64,000 nt of DNA, taken from Naegleria gruberi (Eukaryota). Made by a program: the position numbers and the translations under genes. The notes beneath the pieces were generated by a model. That model had not been told where the DNA came from and searched no databases. It worked only from the letters and a program-made list of their open reading frames with translations. Numbering within the stretch: the stretch's first letter is position 1; every line of letters begins with the position of its first letter. The stretch lies in NCBI GenBank assembly GCA_000004985.1, contig GG738884.1; one strand, written 5' to 3'. Positions 63,647-64,000 of the stretch are shown here, in pieces.

Positions 63647-64000
63647 GGGCTAGGGTTTGAACTTTGAAAGGTTTGGGTTTGGGTTTGGGTTTGGGTTTGG
63701 GTTTGGGTTTGGGTTTGGGTTTGGGTTTGGGTTTGGGTTTGGGTTTGGGTTTGGGTTTGGGTTTGGGTTTGGGTTTGGGTTTGGGTTTGGGTTTGGGTTT
63801 GGGTTTGGGTTTGGGTTTGGGTTTGGGTTTGGGTTTGGGTTTGGGTTTGGGTTTGGGTTTGGGTTTGGGTTTGGGTTTGGGTTTGGGTTTGGGTTTGGGT
63901 TTTGGTTTGGGTTTGGGTTTGGGCTTGGGTTTGGGTTTGGGTTTGGGTTTGGGTTTGGGTTTGGGTTTGGGTTTGGGTTTGGGTTTGGGTTTGGGTTTGG
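63647..64000 (+). repeat. terminal telomere array (GGGTTT)n, ~57 units reaching the window end, G-rich strand 5'->3' toward the end (right chromosome end)
   Basis: Perfect gggttt hexamer tandem array from ~63671 to 64000, with two variant units (ggtttt near 63900, gggctt near 63923). Degenerate lead-in gggctagggtttgaactttgaaaggtttggg. Confidence 0.9.

Noticed and set aside
1-64000. Search for prokaryotic-type systems (CRISPR arrays, restriction-modification, toxin-antitoxin, defence islands, integrons, IS elements)
   Set aside because: The sequence is eukaryotic (spliceosomal introns, RPB1 with CTD, nuclear tRNAs with an intron, telomere repeats). No CRISPR-like spacer/repeat structure or prokaryotic operon organisation is present.

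Overview
This is a eukaryotic nuclear window, not a prokaryotic one, and it holds no operons, CRISPR arrays or phage/defence islands. It is AT-rich (roughly one-third GC by eye) and gene-dense, with about 30 protein-coding genes in the first 57.5 kb. Most genes are single-exon; a few carry short spliceosomal introns (72-160 nt, GTAAGT/GTATGT/GTTTGT...AG). Four nuclear tRNA genes are present, one with an intron. The window runs into a chromosome end: the last gene ends at 57486, a short interstitial (TTTGGG)3 sits at 57921-57938, a gene-free AT-rich repetitive subtelomeric block of about 5.7 kb follows, and a terminal (GGGTTT)n telomere array runs from about 63647 to the window end. The assembly is draft quality, with five N-gaps, an isolated n at 53381 and at least two apparent frameshifts.

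Gene content points to an amoebozoan, most likely a dictyostelid-like organism; this is inference from Q/N-rich low-complexity proteins and the abundance of SH2, F-box and RGS proteins. Recognisable genes are:
- RNA polymerase II largest subunit (RPB1), with about 24 CTD heptads
- ARL8 GTPase with a 29-nt micro-exon
- ribosomal protein eS30
- FKBP peptidyl-prolyl isomerase
- ZIP zinc transporter
- CDC123-like protein
- class-3 lipase with a lysine-rich repeat arm
- microbial-type-PARG-like macro-domain protein
- SH2-domain protein
- kelch-repeat protein
- PHO80-like cyclin
- alpha/beta-hydrolase
- a VPS8-like beta-propeller/RING-H2 giant gene split by a frameshift
- three different RGS-domain genes, one with a multi-pass membrane domain and one fused to an AhpC-TSA_2-like domain
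- an F-box-like::Ras-like GTPase fusion gene

The supplied ORF track uses TTG/GTG as start codons, so several starts were moved to the first in-frame ATG. Coordinates worked out by hand (tRNAs, introns, exon ends) may be off by 1-2 nt.
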